A program made the translations under genes and the position numbers. From an uncultured virus (IMG/VR IMGVR_UViG_3300022752_006411) (lineage: Duplodnaviria > Heunggongvirae > Uroviricota > Caudoviricetes): a DNA stretch of 64,000 nt. Below the pieces are notes generated by a model, which saw nothing but the letters and a program-made list of their open reading frames with translations, made no database searches and was not told where the DNA came from. Below, one piece after another: positions 29,241-38,481 of this stretch. Location: IMG/VR virus record IMGVR_UViG_3300022752_006411; one strand, 5' to 3'. Positions within the stretch are counted from its first letter, which is position 1. Each line of letters starts with the position of its first letter.

Positions 29241-30000
29241 TTCCAGTCCAAATGTCCTTGCCCTTTTCCATCCTACTTTTTATTAATTTTATTCTTTCTA
29301 ATCTGAGTTTTTCTTCTAAGTTTTTAGCAGAATCTTTATTGAAAGAAACAATTTCTTTTTCTTTCTTTCTTAAATTGTTTATTTTTTGAACTTCGCCATA
29401 AGAAATTTTAATTTTTAATTTAGTTAAATAAAAAACAACTCTTTTCTTATTTGTTTGATATAAAGCGTTTTCTTTGTTCCAAAGAATCATTAAATCTTCT
29501 GGTGTTTTGCCCTTCCAATTATCTGTCAGAAACTTTCTAAATTTAAGTTTAATTGCTTCGGGAAATTTTATGAATGTTTTTATTTTTTTAGCCAAGCCTA
29601 ATCTACAAAGTTTCTTTTGTATGGCATTTGTGCTATATGGAAAAACCTTCATTCTGCTAATGTCAAGTGCGGACTTTCCTTCTTCATGCAAAGACTTTAA
29701 CAAATCTAAGTTTTTCTTAGACCAAGCGGGTCTGTATTCTCTTTTTTTACTTAATCCCAATTCAATCATTTTATTAGAAATAGAATTTTTAGATCTTCCT
29801 TTTACAAATTTATTTTTTTTCAATAATTCTATTTCTTCTTTTGTCCATCTTTTAAGAAGAGTTAATTTTAACTTTCTCATCTGTGAAATAACAGCAGATC
29901 TTTCTCTACCATTTATTTCAGGAATCTTTCCTCTTTTTATAGATTCTCTTAAGATGGCAAACTCTTCATTTGTCCATTTTTTACTTGTTCTATTAGACAT
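29188..30000 (-). CDS. basic protein with Myb/SANT-like W(T/S)xEExxxL repeats, likely DNA-binding
   Basis: KKWTNEEFAIL, RWTKEEIELL, AWSKKNLDLL; AGGAGG Shine-Dalgarno. Confidence 0.65.
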   Translation of the reverse strand: MSNRTSKKWTNEEFAILRESIKRGKIPEINGRERSAVISQMRKLKLTLLKRWTKEEIELLKKNKFVKGRSKNSISNKMIELGLSKKREYRPAWSKKNLDLLKSLHEEGKSALDISRMKVFPYSTNAIQKKLCRLGLAKKIKTFIKFPEAIKLKFRKFLTDNWKGKTPEDLMILWNKENALYQTNKKRVVFYLTKLKIKISYGEVQKINNLRKKEKEIVSFNKDSAKNLEEKLRLERIKLIKSRMEKGKDIWTGIESEEAAMALSDRLQNV

Positions 30001-30237
30001 TGTTCCTCCTTGATATTATTCTAATATTATTTTTTGAAAATCGCTTTTACTCCCAACTCTCCATCTTTTAGTATCGACTTCGTGCCTGTTATTGCAATAA
30101 GAGCAAATCCTTTTTATGTTTATATTTTTTTTAATCTCCGACTCAGTGGTATTTTTAATCCACTGTCGGCTTCCGTCTTTATATTCCACTAAAAAATGAT
30201 AACAGTGCGACATAATGCAATTGCATTATAGTATAAA

Positions 30238-30312
30238 TACGGCAGGAGGGACTTGAACCCTCAACCCCCAAATTATGAGTTTGGTGCTACTAACCAGTTG
30301 AGCTACTGCCGT
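30238..30312 (-). tRNA. tRNA with CAT anticodon, probably tRNA-Ile2 (lysidine); CCA not encoded
   Basis: Acceptor ACGGCAG/CTGCCGT+A; anticodon arm CCAAA-CTCATAA-TTTGG; T-arm GAGGG-TTCAAGT-CCCTC; overlaps tilS. Confidence 0.9.
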
Positions 30313-30962
30313 GCAATCATTATATCAGGGTCGCAAGTCTTGTCAACATCTTGTTTGATTTTTCTTATTGCATATTTTTCCAAACTTAATTTTCTACTTT
30401 TCATTTCGGGAACGATTTTGTTGCGAATCCAATTTCTTCTGCTTCCTTTTACTATCTGATTAGATTCATCTTCCACTACGTAATTAAGAAGTTTATTTCT
30501 TTCTACATATTGAACAAATTGTCTTTTGCTATTTAATAAAAAGGGATGATAAACATTGAATTCAGGAAATTTGCTAATTAAATTAAACGGATCGTGATTG
30601 GGCTGTCCCCTAAAGCAATTTAGAAGATAACTTTCAACCCAATCATTTAAATGATGAGCCGTAATAATTTCACCGCCTAGTTCAGAATAAAACTTGATTC
30701 TTTCTTTTCTACATTCTGATTCTGAATTTATAGCATTTATTTTTTTTGATATTCCATTGATTTTTAAATCTTCACACATTTCATTGAATTTGTGCTGCAT
30801 CAAATCATTCTGATCCCGCAATCCATGATTTAAATGAATCGGAGTGACAGAATATTTTTTATTTAAGAGCCAAATAAATGCAGCAACAGAATCAACACCC
30901 ATAGAAACAGCAACATAATAATGCTGTTTTTTAGACAGTATCTGCTTTATTATTTTTATCAT
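30303..30962 (-). CDS. tilS: minimal tRNA(Ile)-lysidine synthetase
   Basis: AVSMGVDS PP-loop, HLNHGLR, TAHHLND..E..L....RG, EDESN, RNWIR; C-terminal domains absent. Confidence 0.85.
   Translation of the reverse strand: MIKIIKQILSKKQHYYVAVSMGVDSVAAFIWLLNKKYSVTPIHLNHGLRDQNDLMQHKFNEMCEDLKINGISKKINAINSESECRKERIKFYSELGGEIITAHHLNDWVESYLLNCFRGQPNHDPFNLISKFPEFNVYHPFLLNSKRQFVQYVERNKLLNYVVEDESNQIVKGSRRNWIRNKIVPEMKSRKLSLEKYAIRKIKQDVDKTCDPDIMIARQ
30319..30346 (-). promoter_or_regulatory. sigma70-type promoter for the tRNA, embedded in tilS
   Basis: TTGACA-16-TATAAT with extended TG. Confidence 0.75.
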
Positions 30963-31150
30963 CTAAAATTTCTAAATACTTATAAAGAGCATCGACTGCC
31001 TTTTCAATGCTTTCGTACTTTATTCCTATTGCTCTCATCATAAAAAGACCAACTTCCATCCTCGTCACAAAACACATATTGCTCTTTTATTGTTTTCACG
31101 CAGACCTCTTTGTGTAAAAACTAGCATTATAATTACCAAACAAGTCAATA

Positions 31151-32188
31151 TCAACAACCAACCGGCTTTCTTCTTTTAATTTCTTTTTTATATTTTTTAT
31201 ACCCTAAATATTTTTTCAAACTTTCATTTTTGGGGTCGTTAATCCCATTCATAACTACCATATTATGCATTTCTTCTGGAAGTCTTGCTTTGATAATATT
31301 TTTAGCGTACTGATATGCATAAAAAATATTCTTTGCAATAAAAAGTTCTGCTTCTGGCCATCTTCCTTTTATAATTTCTTTAGCATATTGATATGCAAAT
31401 GCTGGTTCTTTTGAAATTAATTCTTCTGCTTCTAGCCATCTGCCTTGTATTACTTTTTTTGCATATTCAAAAGAAATCTTGGGATTACTCACAATAATTT
31501 TTTCTGCTTCCGGCCATCTGCCTTTAATTATTTCTTTCGCGTAAGCAATAACAGGAAAATCCGTATTGTAGTATTCTGGATCGTAATTGATAATATTTTC
31601 TTCTGCTTCTGGCCACCTTCCTTTTATATAATCTTTGGCATATTCAAATGCGTTTCTTGGATTTTTCATAATAATATGCTCTGCTTCTGGCCATCTTGAC
31701 TTCTTAAAGTCTTGAACATACCTAAAAGCAACTTCTTCTGGCGATTCGTAGTTGTTATTGCCAGGATTTTTTTCTAAACACAAAACAATATTATTTTCTA
31801 TTCCTTCACTTGAAATTTTCTTGTTTTTCAAAAACTCTAAATACGAATGTATTTTGCTGTATGAGTTTAGAAAATAAGACTCTCCTTCAACCCACCTATT
31901 TTTGATAATATTTTTGTAGTATTCACTTGCCTCAAAGCTCTTTGCGATTTCAATCTCTGCTTCCGGCCATCTGCCTTTAATGACCTCAAGGCAATAATTG
32001 GCGGCACATGATGGATCTTTAATAATAACATGTTCTGCTTCCGGCCACCTTCCTTTAATAAACTTTTCTGCATATATCAGACAAGTTTTAGGATCGTTTT
32101 GCTTTATAATTTCGCTTTCTATAAAGTCATTTCTTCCTTTAGGAATTATGGTAATTTCATATGAGTAGTGGTGAAGTTTGATTTGCAT
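31151..32188 (-). CDS. KGRWPEAE-type repeat protein
   Basis: About 9 repeats; cap LPEEMHNMVV; start at ATG 32188. Confidence 0.85.
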   Translation of the reverse strand: MQIKLHHYSYEITIIPKGRNDFIESEIIKQNDPKTCLIYAEKFIKGRWPEAEHVIIKDPSCAANYCLEVIKGRWPEAEIEIAKSFEASEYYKNIIKNRWVEGESYFLNSYSKIHSYLEFLKNKKISSEGIENNIVLCLEKNPGNNNYESPEEVAFRYVQDFKKSRWPEAEHIIMKNPRNAFEYAKDYIKGRWPEAEENIINYDPEYYNTDFPVIAYAKEIIKGRWPEAEKIIVSNPKISFEYAKKVIQGRWLEAEELISKEPAFAYQYAKEIIKGRWPEAELFIAKNIFYAYQYAKNIIKARLPEEMHNMVVMNGINDPKNESLKKYLGYKKYKKEIKRRKPVGC

Positions 32189-32189
32189 T

Positions 32190-32753
32190 TTATTTCGCCT
32201 TGCTATTTCCAAAAACAACACACCAATAAACTTCCCCAATAGAAGGAGAAGAAATTCCAATTCCTATCTCGTCATACTGAGGGGTCAGTATCGCTTTTCT
32301 ATGACCATCACTTCTCATCCATCCATCAACAATTATTTTTGTATTGTACGCTAATTTTGGAGGAGCCTTGCCAGCAGCAACTATTTCACTTCCCAAATTA
32401 AAATTTGAATTTATTTCAAATCTCTTTTGCTCTGGATAGACTTTCATTTCAAACGCTTTTTCAAAATCACAATATCCAGAATTTACAATTCTGTGTAGCG
32501 GGTGATGATTACATATTTTATATTGCTCTAAATCTTTTGGCTGCTCTCCTTCAAGGTGAGTCATAATATGATTTTTAGCCATCCAATCAGAATGGTATTG
32601 AGCGGCTTTTGCTAAATTTTTATTTAGACTAAGCTTTTGTAAATTGTTTGTTGATCTAATATTATTTAGTCTAAAAAATACTTCCGAATAAAGTTCTTTT
32701 CCAAAAGAATTTTGCGAAACAAAAAGTAATATTACCAATAAAAATTTATACAT
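32190..32753 (-). CDS. secreted CAP (SCP) domain protein
   Basis: Signal-like N-terminus; LAKAAQYHSDWMA; WMRSDGHRKAIL; EIGIG. Confidence 0.85.
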   Translation of the reverse strand: MYKFLLVILLFVSQNSFGKELYSEVFFRLNNIRSTNNLQKLSLNKNLAKAAQYHSDWMAKNHIMTHLEGEQPKDLEQYKICNHHPLHRIVNSGYCDFEKAFEMKVYPEQKRFEINSNFNLGSEIVAAGKAPPKLAYNTKIIVDGWMRSDGHRKAILTPQYDEIGIGISSPSIGEVYWCVVFGNSKAK

Positions 32754-33099
32754 GCTTGCTTACCTTTTTGCATTCTTTTATTATTTTCTTTTCATCGACT
32801 TCGATATAATCAACATTATCCCAAGCCTGTTCAAATCTAAAGCCTCTACTTTCGGACTCTTCAATATGTTTCTTTTTATATCTTGGATTTATCCAACGAA
32901 AACAATTTTTGTTTTTATAGTTGCAACAACTTATCTCATAGATTCTTTGATTATTTGAGTCATAAATTATTTGAGCACATCCATTTTTTCTGTTAGAGTT
33001 GAGAGTAAAAGCAAATTCTCCGTAACAACTCCATCCAAAGTTGGCACCATCGTTAATTTCATAGTTGATGGCCTTCATAAAATCTTCTATCTTAGGCAT
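32746..33099 (-). CDS. hypothetical phage protein
   Basis: 117-aa ORF with AGGAGG Shine-Dalgarno. Confidence 0.7.
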   Translation of the reverse strand: MPKIEDFMKAINYEINDGANFGWSCYGEFAFTLNSNRKNGCAQIIYDSNNQRIYEISCCNYKNKNCFRWINPRYKKKHIEESESRGFRFEQAWDNVDYIEVDEKKIIKECKKVSKHV

Positions 33100-33305
33100 G
33101 ATTTACCTCCTAAAAAAAATTGAAGAAAAAGATAAACCTATGGCAAATCCGCAAAGGGTCGAACTCATTATAGCACATGCGTATTCTAAACTATTGACTT
33201 CCATAAAACCTCCATGTTGATCTAAAAATGACCTAAATAAATCCTGTTATTTTTTTGTTTCTTCAAAATCTAAATTATTAATATTATTAATTATAAATAT
33301 TGCGA

Positions 33306-33689
33306 ATGATAAAAATTAATCTTGAAAAATATTACGATATTGTCTCTAATTTAGATTTTGAAGAAATAAAAAAAAATAAAAAAAAATTAATTAATTTAAT
33401 TAAAAATAAAAATTTTAAAGAAAAATTATCAAGAAATCCCAAGCATTGTTTTTATTATTGTAAATATATTTATGAAAAAAGATGCATAGATTTAGAAGAG
33501 TATTTCTTAAGAGACTCAACTGAGGCTTTAAATTATTCTGTCTATGTTTTAAATGAAGAGTTACCAGAAACTCTTCATAATTTTATGATAGCTAAAAGCT
33601 TAGAAGACGATAATTCTGCAAAACAATATTTTGTTTATTGGGGCAGTTTAAAAAATAAAAATCTTGGAGTTTGGGGCAATTACAAATAA
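33306..33689 (+). CDS. short LPExxHN-cap family protein
   Basis: One or two repeats, then LPETLHNFMIAKS; TATAAATA upstream. Confidence 0.7.
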   Translation: MIKINLEKYYDIVSNLDFEEIKKNKKKLINLIKNKNFKEKLSRNPKHCFYYCKYIYEKRCIDLEEYFLRDSTEALNYSVYVLNEELPETLHNFMIAKSLEDDNSAKQYFVYWGSLKNKNLGVWGNYK

Positions 33690-33702
33690 TCTGGTTTTCT
33701 AA

Positions 33703-34518
33703 CTAGCGTTCACAAAAACTGTCCAATATGAGCCTGTAGTCATCATATTTTTTAAACCCTGTCAAAAATCCACTGTTATGAGTAAAGTAAGACATTTCAT
33801 TGTGCTTAAATCTTAAAGAATCTGTATTTATGCTAACCATTCTAAATCCTTCTTGCCTAGAGTCTACAGTTAGAATAACTTCTGGATTTAAGCCGTTTAT
33901 TTTTGAATATATTTTTGTAGGAAGTTGATCGTACTTAATCCCCTCTGGGAGTGTGCATTTAGTGACATCAAGTATTTTTATTTCTCTATATTCAAAGAAA
34001 TTAGACTTCTCTAAAAGACCTATCATAAAATCCATATTTTCTATTTGATCGCATATTTCTCGACCAATTTCTTTCATAATAACAAGCATAGGGCCATCAA
34101 CTTTGCCTTCTATCTTTGAAAACAGACTAATCATGGCAAAGTTTAAGGGAGAAAAAACACAATCTATATTTTCTTGCGGCATAGAAACAAATTCTGCGGC
34201 TTTTATTGGCCCATAACTATCGAAAATTTCTAAAAATCTCAATTGAGGCATATATTGACGATAATTATTCGCATAGAAATAGTCTAAAATCATAGTGAAA
34301 GAACAAATCTCTTGTTCAATTTGATGATGGTCAAAATTATGAAGATTGGGTTCAAATCTTCTTCCTTGATCCAAGACCCAGCAATCCTTATCTTTTAAAT
34401 CCTCTTCAGTATAAGAAAGCCTAAACAACTCAGAGTTATCAAGTTTGTAAGCACAAACACACGCCGCCAAAAAATCATCTTGATGTGCTTTTCCATTGTG
34501 AGCAATTATTTTAATCAT
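33703..34518 (-). CDS. MYG1-like (DHH) nuclease or phosphoesterase
   Basis: HNGKAHQDD, LDQG, FDHHQ, FTHNSGF. Confidence 0.8.
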   Translation of the reverse strand: MIKIIAHNGKAHQDDFLAACVCAYKLDNSELFRLSYTEEDLKDKDCWVLDQGRRFEPNLHNFDHHQIEQEICSFTMILDYFYANNYRQYMPQLRFLEIFDSYGPIKAAEFVSMPQENIDCVFSPLNFAMISLFSKIEGKVDGPMLVIMKEIGREICDQIENMDFMIGLLEKSNFFEYREIKILDVTKCTLPEGIKYDQLPTKIYSKINGLNPEVILTVDSRQEGFRMVSINTDSLRFKHNEMSYFTHNSGFLTGFKKYDDYRLILDSFCER

Positions 34519-34527
34519 ACTTTTCTC

Positions 34528-34863
34528 CTAAGCATAGAATTGACCAATTATCTTTTGTTTTTTCAAAAAATTCATGTAGTAACTTGCAATCTCGTCTTGG
34601 ACAATTGCGTTGGAAATCATTATGTTATGAAGACTTTCTGGAATACTTCTTGTTTTTATGAAATACATCCAAATCATTGCTGGACCTGCTTGTTTTTCTA
34701 AAAACTTCTCATAAGCAAAATCTCTTCTAAATTTATATTTTTTTGCTGGTTGTCCAAAAGATCTTAATAAAGAATAAATTAAAAATAAAAATATGAAATA
34801 TGAGATAATCATAAATATAAAAAATAAACAAAATATTAAAAACATTACAATATAATTTTTCAT
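34528..34863 (-). CDS. membrane-anchored LPExxHN-cap protein
   Basis: N-terminal transmembrane helix; IPESLHNIMISNA. Confidence 0.65.
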   Translation of the reverse strand: MKNYIVMFLIFCLFFIFMIISYFIFLFLIYSLLRSFGQPAKKYKFRRDFAYEKFLEKQAGPAMIWMYFIKTRSIPESLHNIMISNAIVQDEIASYYMNFLKKQKIIGQFYA

Positions 34864-36122
34864 AATCTAAAATACTGCTTTATCTCCTCTGCTATGTTGG
34901 ATTCCGGCTTTGCAAATTTAAGATTGCTTATTTTAAATAAGTGCCCAAGTCCACAATCTTCAAATATTTTTTTCAATTTTGTGTCTTTGGATATGTCAGA
35001 ATTCAATAATATTTCTAAAGAATCTAAGCCCAAATATTCAAAGTCCTCCCTACTTCCTCTAAGAGCTTTTTTCAAATTATAGAACTCTGGCGTTCCTGAC
35101 ATCGTTATAAATTTAAAACTTCTTATTACAGCAAAGTCTTTTTCACTAGAAATTAATAAATATCCAAATTTATTTGAATAATAATTAAACTCTAGCAAAT
35201 AGGAAGGCCCAGATTTTCCAACAACTATTGGATTCATCAGAGATCTTCCTAAGCAATCAAAAATATACCCTAATGGACTTATGCCCAATCTTTCTATCAT
35301 TCTATTTACTGCATGCTCTTGAATATACACAGGCAAGGAGTTTTTATTATCAATTGTATTTTCTGAAATAAATATCGGCTTTAAGCCAGAAAAATCATAG
35401 CCATAGCACTTATAGGCTTTTCTTGAATTTCCATCTATAGTAAGAGTGGCTTCTATGGGGTTGAAATATTTTACGTTTATTATTGGGTATCTTTTGCCTT
35501 TGTTTTCTCCTGCACTAAAGGTTGGATATAAAGATTTTTCTTGAAGACTAAAATGGCCCAAAACCTCGGCGGCAGCAACAGACGCCAAATGCTCCATATA
35601 TTTTGGATTTATTATTTCTAAAGCTTTATTGAGTTCTTCAAAAATAATTTGTGAATTGTTTAGTGCAGATATTAGAACTTGTTTGTTTTTATTGCTAAAT
35701 CTTTTCTCTCTAGCAGAGATTGCTTTTTCTTTTCTTGTGGTTTCATTTAAAAAATTGTTTGTATCCAAGCAAATCCCGCCAAACGCAGCGTTTAGTGCGT
35801 GAAGACCAAACACATTTGATATCGGCAGCTTTTCTTGATTTACTGGTATGCAAGAGGTGTTTAGAGAATGTCTTATTGATTCTTGTATGTCATTTATTTC
35901 CGGATAGTCTTTGGTTTCGTCTATGTTTATAGATATTTGTGGCCAAGATAAGTTGTGAATAAATTCTTTTATGTTTACTGGAAGATTTACGAAGTATTCA
36001 AAACAGCCAATAAATTTCAAAAGGCTATTATAGAAGTCTCTTCTTTTAGATAGCGATTTTGTGTTTTGAGCAATTTTCTTTTGCTCTTTTCGCTTTTTTC
36101 GTATTTGTTTTTTACGATTCAT
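34860..36122 (-). CDS. hypothetical protein
   Basis: 420-aa ORF; PVYIQEHAVNRMIERL. Confidence 0.75.
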   Translation of the reverse strand: MNRKKQIRKKRKEQKKIAQNTKSLSKRRDFYNSLLKFIGCFEYFVNLPVNIKEFIHNLSWPQISINIDETKDYPEINDIQESIRHSLNTSCIPVNQEKLPISNVFGLHALNAAFGGICLDTNNFLNETTRKEKAISAREKRFSNKNKQVLISALNNSQIIFEELNKALEIINPKYMEHLASVAAAEVLGHFSLQEKSLYPTFSAGENKGKRYPIINVKYFNPIEATLTIDGNSRKAYKCYGYDFSGLKPIFISENTIDNKNSLPVYIQEHAVNRMIERLGISPLGYIFDCLGRSLMNPIVVGKSGPSYLLEFNYYSNKFGYLLISSEKDFAVIRSFKFITMSGTPEFYNLKKALRGSREDFEYLGLDSLEILLNSDISKDTKLKKIFEDCGLGHLFKISNLKFAKPESNIAEEIKQYFRL

Positions 36123-36148
36123 GTCCCTATGAATCCTTTGCGGTAAAA

Positions 36149-36466
36149 CTACACGGCTTTTCTTCTCGATTGCAAATCTTTTAAGAATTCCACTTTTACC
36201 CTATAGTCTCTCAACACACTGTTTAATATTTGTTTTGGCAAGAGTCTTGATGCTCTACTCACAGTTATCATAAATCTTCCAACTTTGGGATGAATTACAT
36301 AAACTTTATTTTCGTTTGTTCCTTCTTCCCAAGAGTCGAATTGGGCGACATCGCCAGAATTGTCAGTCCAATCTGCCTTCTTAAGTAGGTTTATTAATTC
36401 CTTACCGTTTCTTGCATTACCCTCATTAAGAGTTCTATTTTTAAGCCATTCAAAAAATGTTTTCAT
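36149..36466 (-). CDS. HicA-like fold protein with MKTFFEWL N-terminus
   Basis: KELINLLKKADW...HPKVG..ITV...LPKQILNSVLRD. Confidence 0.5.
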   Translation of the reverse strand: MKTFFEWLKNRTLNEGNARNGKELINLLKKADWTDNSGDVAQFDSWEEGTNENKVYVIHPKVGRFMITVSRASRLLPKQILNSVLRDYRVKVEFLKDLQSRRKAV

Positions 36467-36748
36467 ATATTTTAATCTATAAACAGTCTAAATTATATAT
36501 GCATGAAAATCACAACTGAGCGAGATTGATGTTGCATCATAGTTGCTTTGAAGAGCAAAGTAAACCAAAATTATTTAAAAAAAATGGCATTTCGTATTCT
36601 CGCACCTAAGAAATGGTGAAAATTAAGTGGTCATAGAGTTATATCACCTTTTGTCGCTGACACCATTCTTCTTCGCAATTAATTAATTAAAAAAATAAAT
36701 GACAAAAGGCAATAAAAATACCAAAATAATTTAGTGTTGTGTATAAAA

Positions 36749-36778
36749 AAAATCCTAGCGAATAATCGCTAGGATTTT
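36749..36778. terminator. intrinsic terminator hairpin
   Basis: AAAATCCTAGCGA-ATAA-TCGCTAGGATTTT. Confidence 0.85.
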
Positions 36779-36802
36779 AAAAATATTAATTTTTAATTTT
36801 TA

Positions 36803-36979
36803 TTACTTCCAACGATTTGACAAAGCAAAAAAAGTAGGAGCCCACAATCCTACAAATATTCCAAATCGCTCACCGTGTCCAACATCCGGGTCTTTACTCA
36901 AAAACCAAATTGCTATGCTGGCAGCAATGCTAACAAAACCAGCATAAAAACAAACTTTGCCAATAACTTTCTCATCCAT
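36803..36979 (-). CDS. small two-TM membrane protein (58 aa, not in ORF track)
   Basis: MDEKVIGKVCFYAGFVSIAASIAIWF...ERFGIFVGLWAPTF; own promoter TTGACA-16-TACAAT at 37020-37047. Confidence 0.75.
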   Translation of the reverse strand: MDEKVIGKVCFYAGFVSIAASIAIWFLSKDPDVGHGERFGIFVGLWAPTFFALSNRWK

Positions 36980-37048
36980 AAATAAATCCTAAAAGAAGGT
37001 AAACTGAACACTGAACTCAATTGTACTAAATTTCACAACAATGTCAAT

Positions 37049-38053
37049 TTAATTAAACCAATCTGGTCTTAATTTGCGTATTTTATTATTAAATTTTGGA
37101 CAATAACAACTGCTGTCTTTTCTTGTGTAATTTGACAACGCTCTGCCTATCTTTGTTTTTTGCGATGGCTTTTTATCTCCTTTTGTAGCAATATTAAATA
37201 ATTCTTTCTTTTTCATATTGGCAAATTCAGATCGACTAATAAACCAATTCGGAGCAAGTTTTCTAATTTGTTTATCAAATTTCGGACAATATGAAGCAGA
37301 ACCTTTATTTGTATACGCACATAATCTATAGCCTAATTTTGATTTTTTTTGATTGGGTCTATCTGCTCCTGCTTTTGCCAATTTTATCAAAGATTCTTTG
37401 TTGCCATCAGAACTTTGAGTCGGAGACACAAACCAATTCGGAGCAAGTTTTCTAATTTGCTTATCAAAAACAGGATAGTAAGAAGCATTTGATTTAGATG
37501 TGTAATTAAATAAAGCTCGGCCTAATTTTGTTTTCCAACTAGGCTTTTCTTTTTTATTTTTAGCCAATTCTAATAATTCTTTTTTTTGCTGCCCCACAGG
37601 ATCAAACCAACTAGGGGCAATTTTTCTTATTTGCTTGTTGAATTTTGGACAGTAGGTTCCTGAGCCTTTGCATGTGTAATTGGTCAATGCTTGACCCAAC
37701 TTTCTTTCAATTGAATTTTTTGATTCTTTACTTGGTCTTAATTCTTTTTTTATAGCCATAGCAAGTAAAATTTTTTGGTTTGAAATGACTGTATTTTCAA
37801 ACCAACTTGGAGCAAGTTTTCTAATTTGTTTATCAAATTTTGGACAATAACTTCCTGAGCATTTTCTTGTATAATTACATAGGGCATTTCCTAGTTTTCG
37901 CTCCGTCAAATTATTAGACTCTTTATTTGGTCTTGATTCTTTTTTTATAGCCCTATCAATTAATATTTCTTTATTGGCTTCAGCGGTATTTTCTTTGCTG
38001 AAGTTAAATAACTCGCACAAAGATTTATAGTTTGTATTTATATCACTTATCAT
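37049..38053 (-). CDS. RPDWF-repeat protein C (5 repeats of ~62 aa)
   Basis: Starts MISDINTNYKSLCELFNFSK; ATGA overlap with the upstream gene. Confidence 0.85.
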   Translation of the reverse strand: MISDINTNYKSLCELFNFSKENTAEANKEILIDRAIKKESRPNKESNNLTERKLGNALCNYTRKCSGSYCPKFDKQIRKLAPSWFENTVISNQKILLAMAIKKELRPSKESKNSIERKLGQALTNYTCKGSGTYCPKFNKQIRKIAPSWFDPVGQQKKELLELAKNKKEKPSWKTKLGRALFNYTSKSNASYYPVFDKQIRKLAPNWFVSPTQSSDGNKESLIKLAKAGADRPNQKKSKLGYRLCAYTNKGSASYCPKFDKQIRKLAPNWFISRSEFANMKKKELFNIATKGDKKPSQKTKIGRALSNYTRKDSSCYCPKFNNKIRKLRPDWFN

Positions 38054-38481
38054 TTCTTGAACCAATCCGGTCTGAGTTTTTTTATTTGTTCGGTAAAAAC
38101 AGGATCATAAGTTTTATTTTTTTTACTTGTGTAAGTTGTTAAACTTTTTGAAATTTTTAATTTCCAATGTGGTCTATCTTCTCCATTTTTTGCCATTTGT
38201 AATAATAATTTTTTATTTTTATTTGCTTTATCTGACGAGGTTATAAACCAATCTGGTCTGAGTTCTCTTATTTTTTTATCAAAAATAGCATCGTAACAAA
38301 TTTTTGATTTTAATGTATAACTGCTTAAGGCTCTTCCTAATTTTGATTTCCAATGCGGTCTATCTTCTCCATTTTTTGCCATTTGTAATAATAATTTTTT
38401 ATTAATATCAGTAGTAGTTTCTTTGCTAAAATTAAATAGTTTACAAATTGCATCATAATTTGAATCTATTTTACTTATCAT
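38050..38481 (-). CDS. RPDWF-repeat protein B (2 repeats)
   Basis: Starts MISKIDSNYDAICKLFNFSK; ATGA overlap. Confidence 0.85.
   Translation of the reverse strand: MISKIDSNYDAICKLFNFSKETTTDINKKLLLQMAKNGEDRPHWKSKLGRALSSYTLKSKICYDAIFDKKIRELRPDWFITSSDKANKNKKLLLQMAKNGEDRPHWKLKISKSLTTYTSKKNKTYDPVFTEQIKKLRPDWFKK

Noticed and set aside
30238..30312. tRNA as initiator tRNA-fMet
   Set aside because: It lacks the three G-C pairs in the anticodon stem and has a paired 1-72 position; elongator Met cannot be fully excluded
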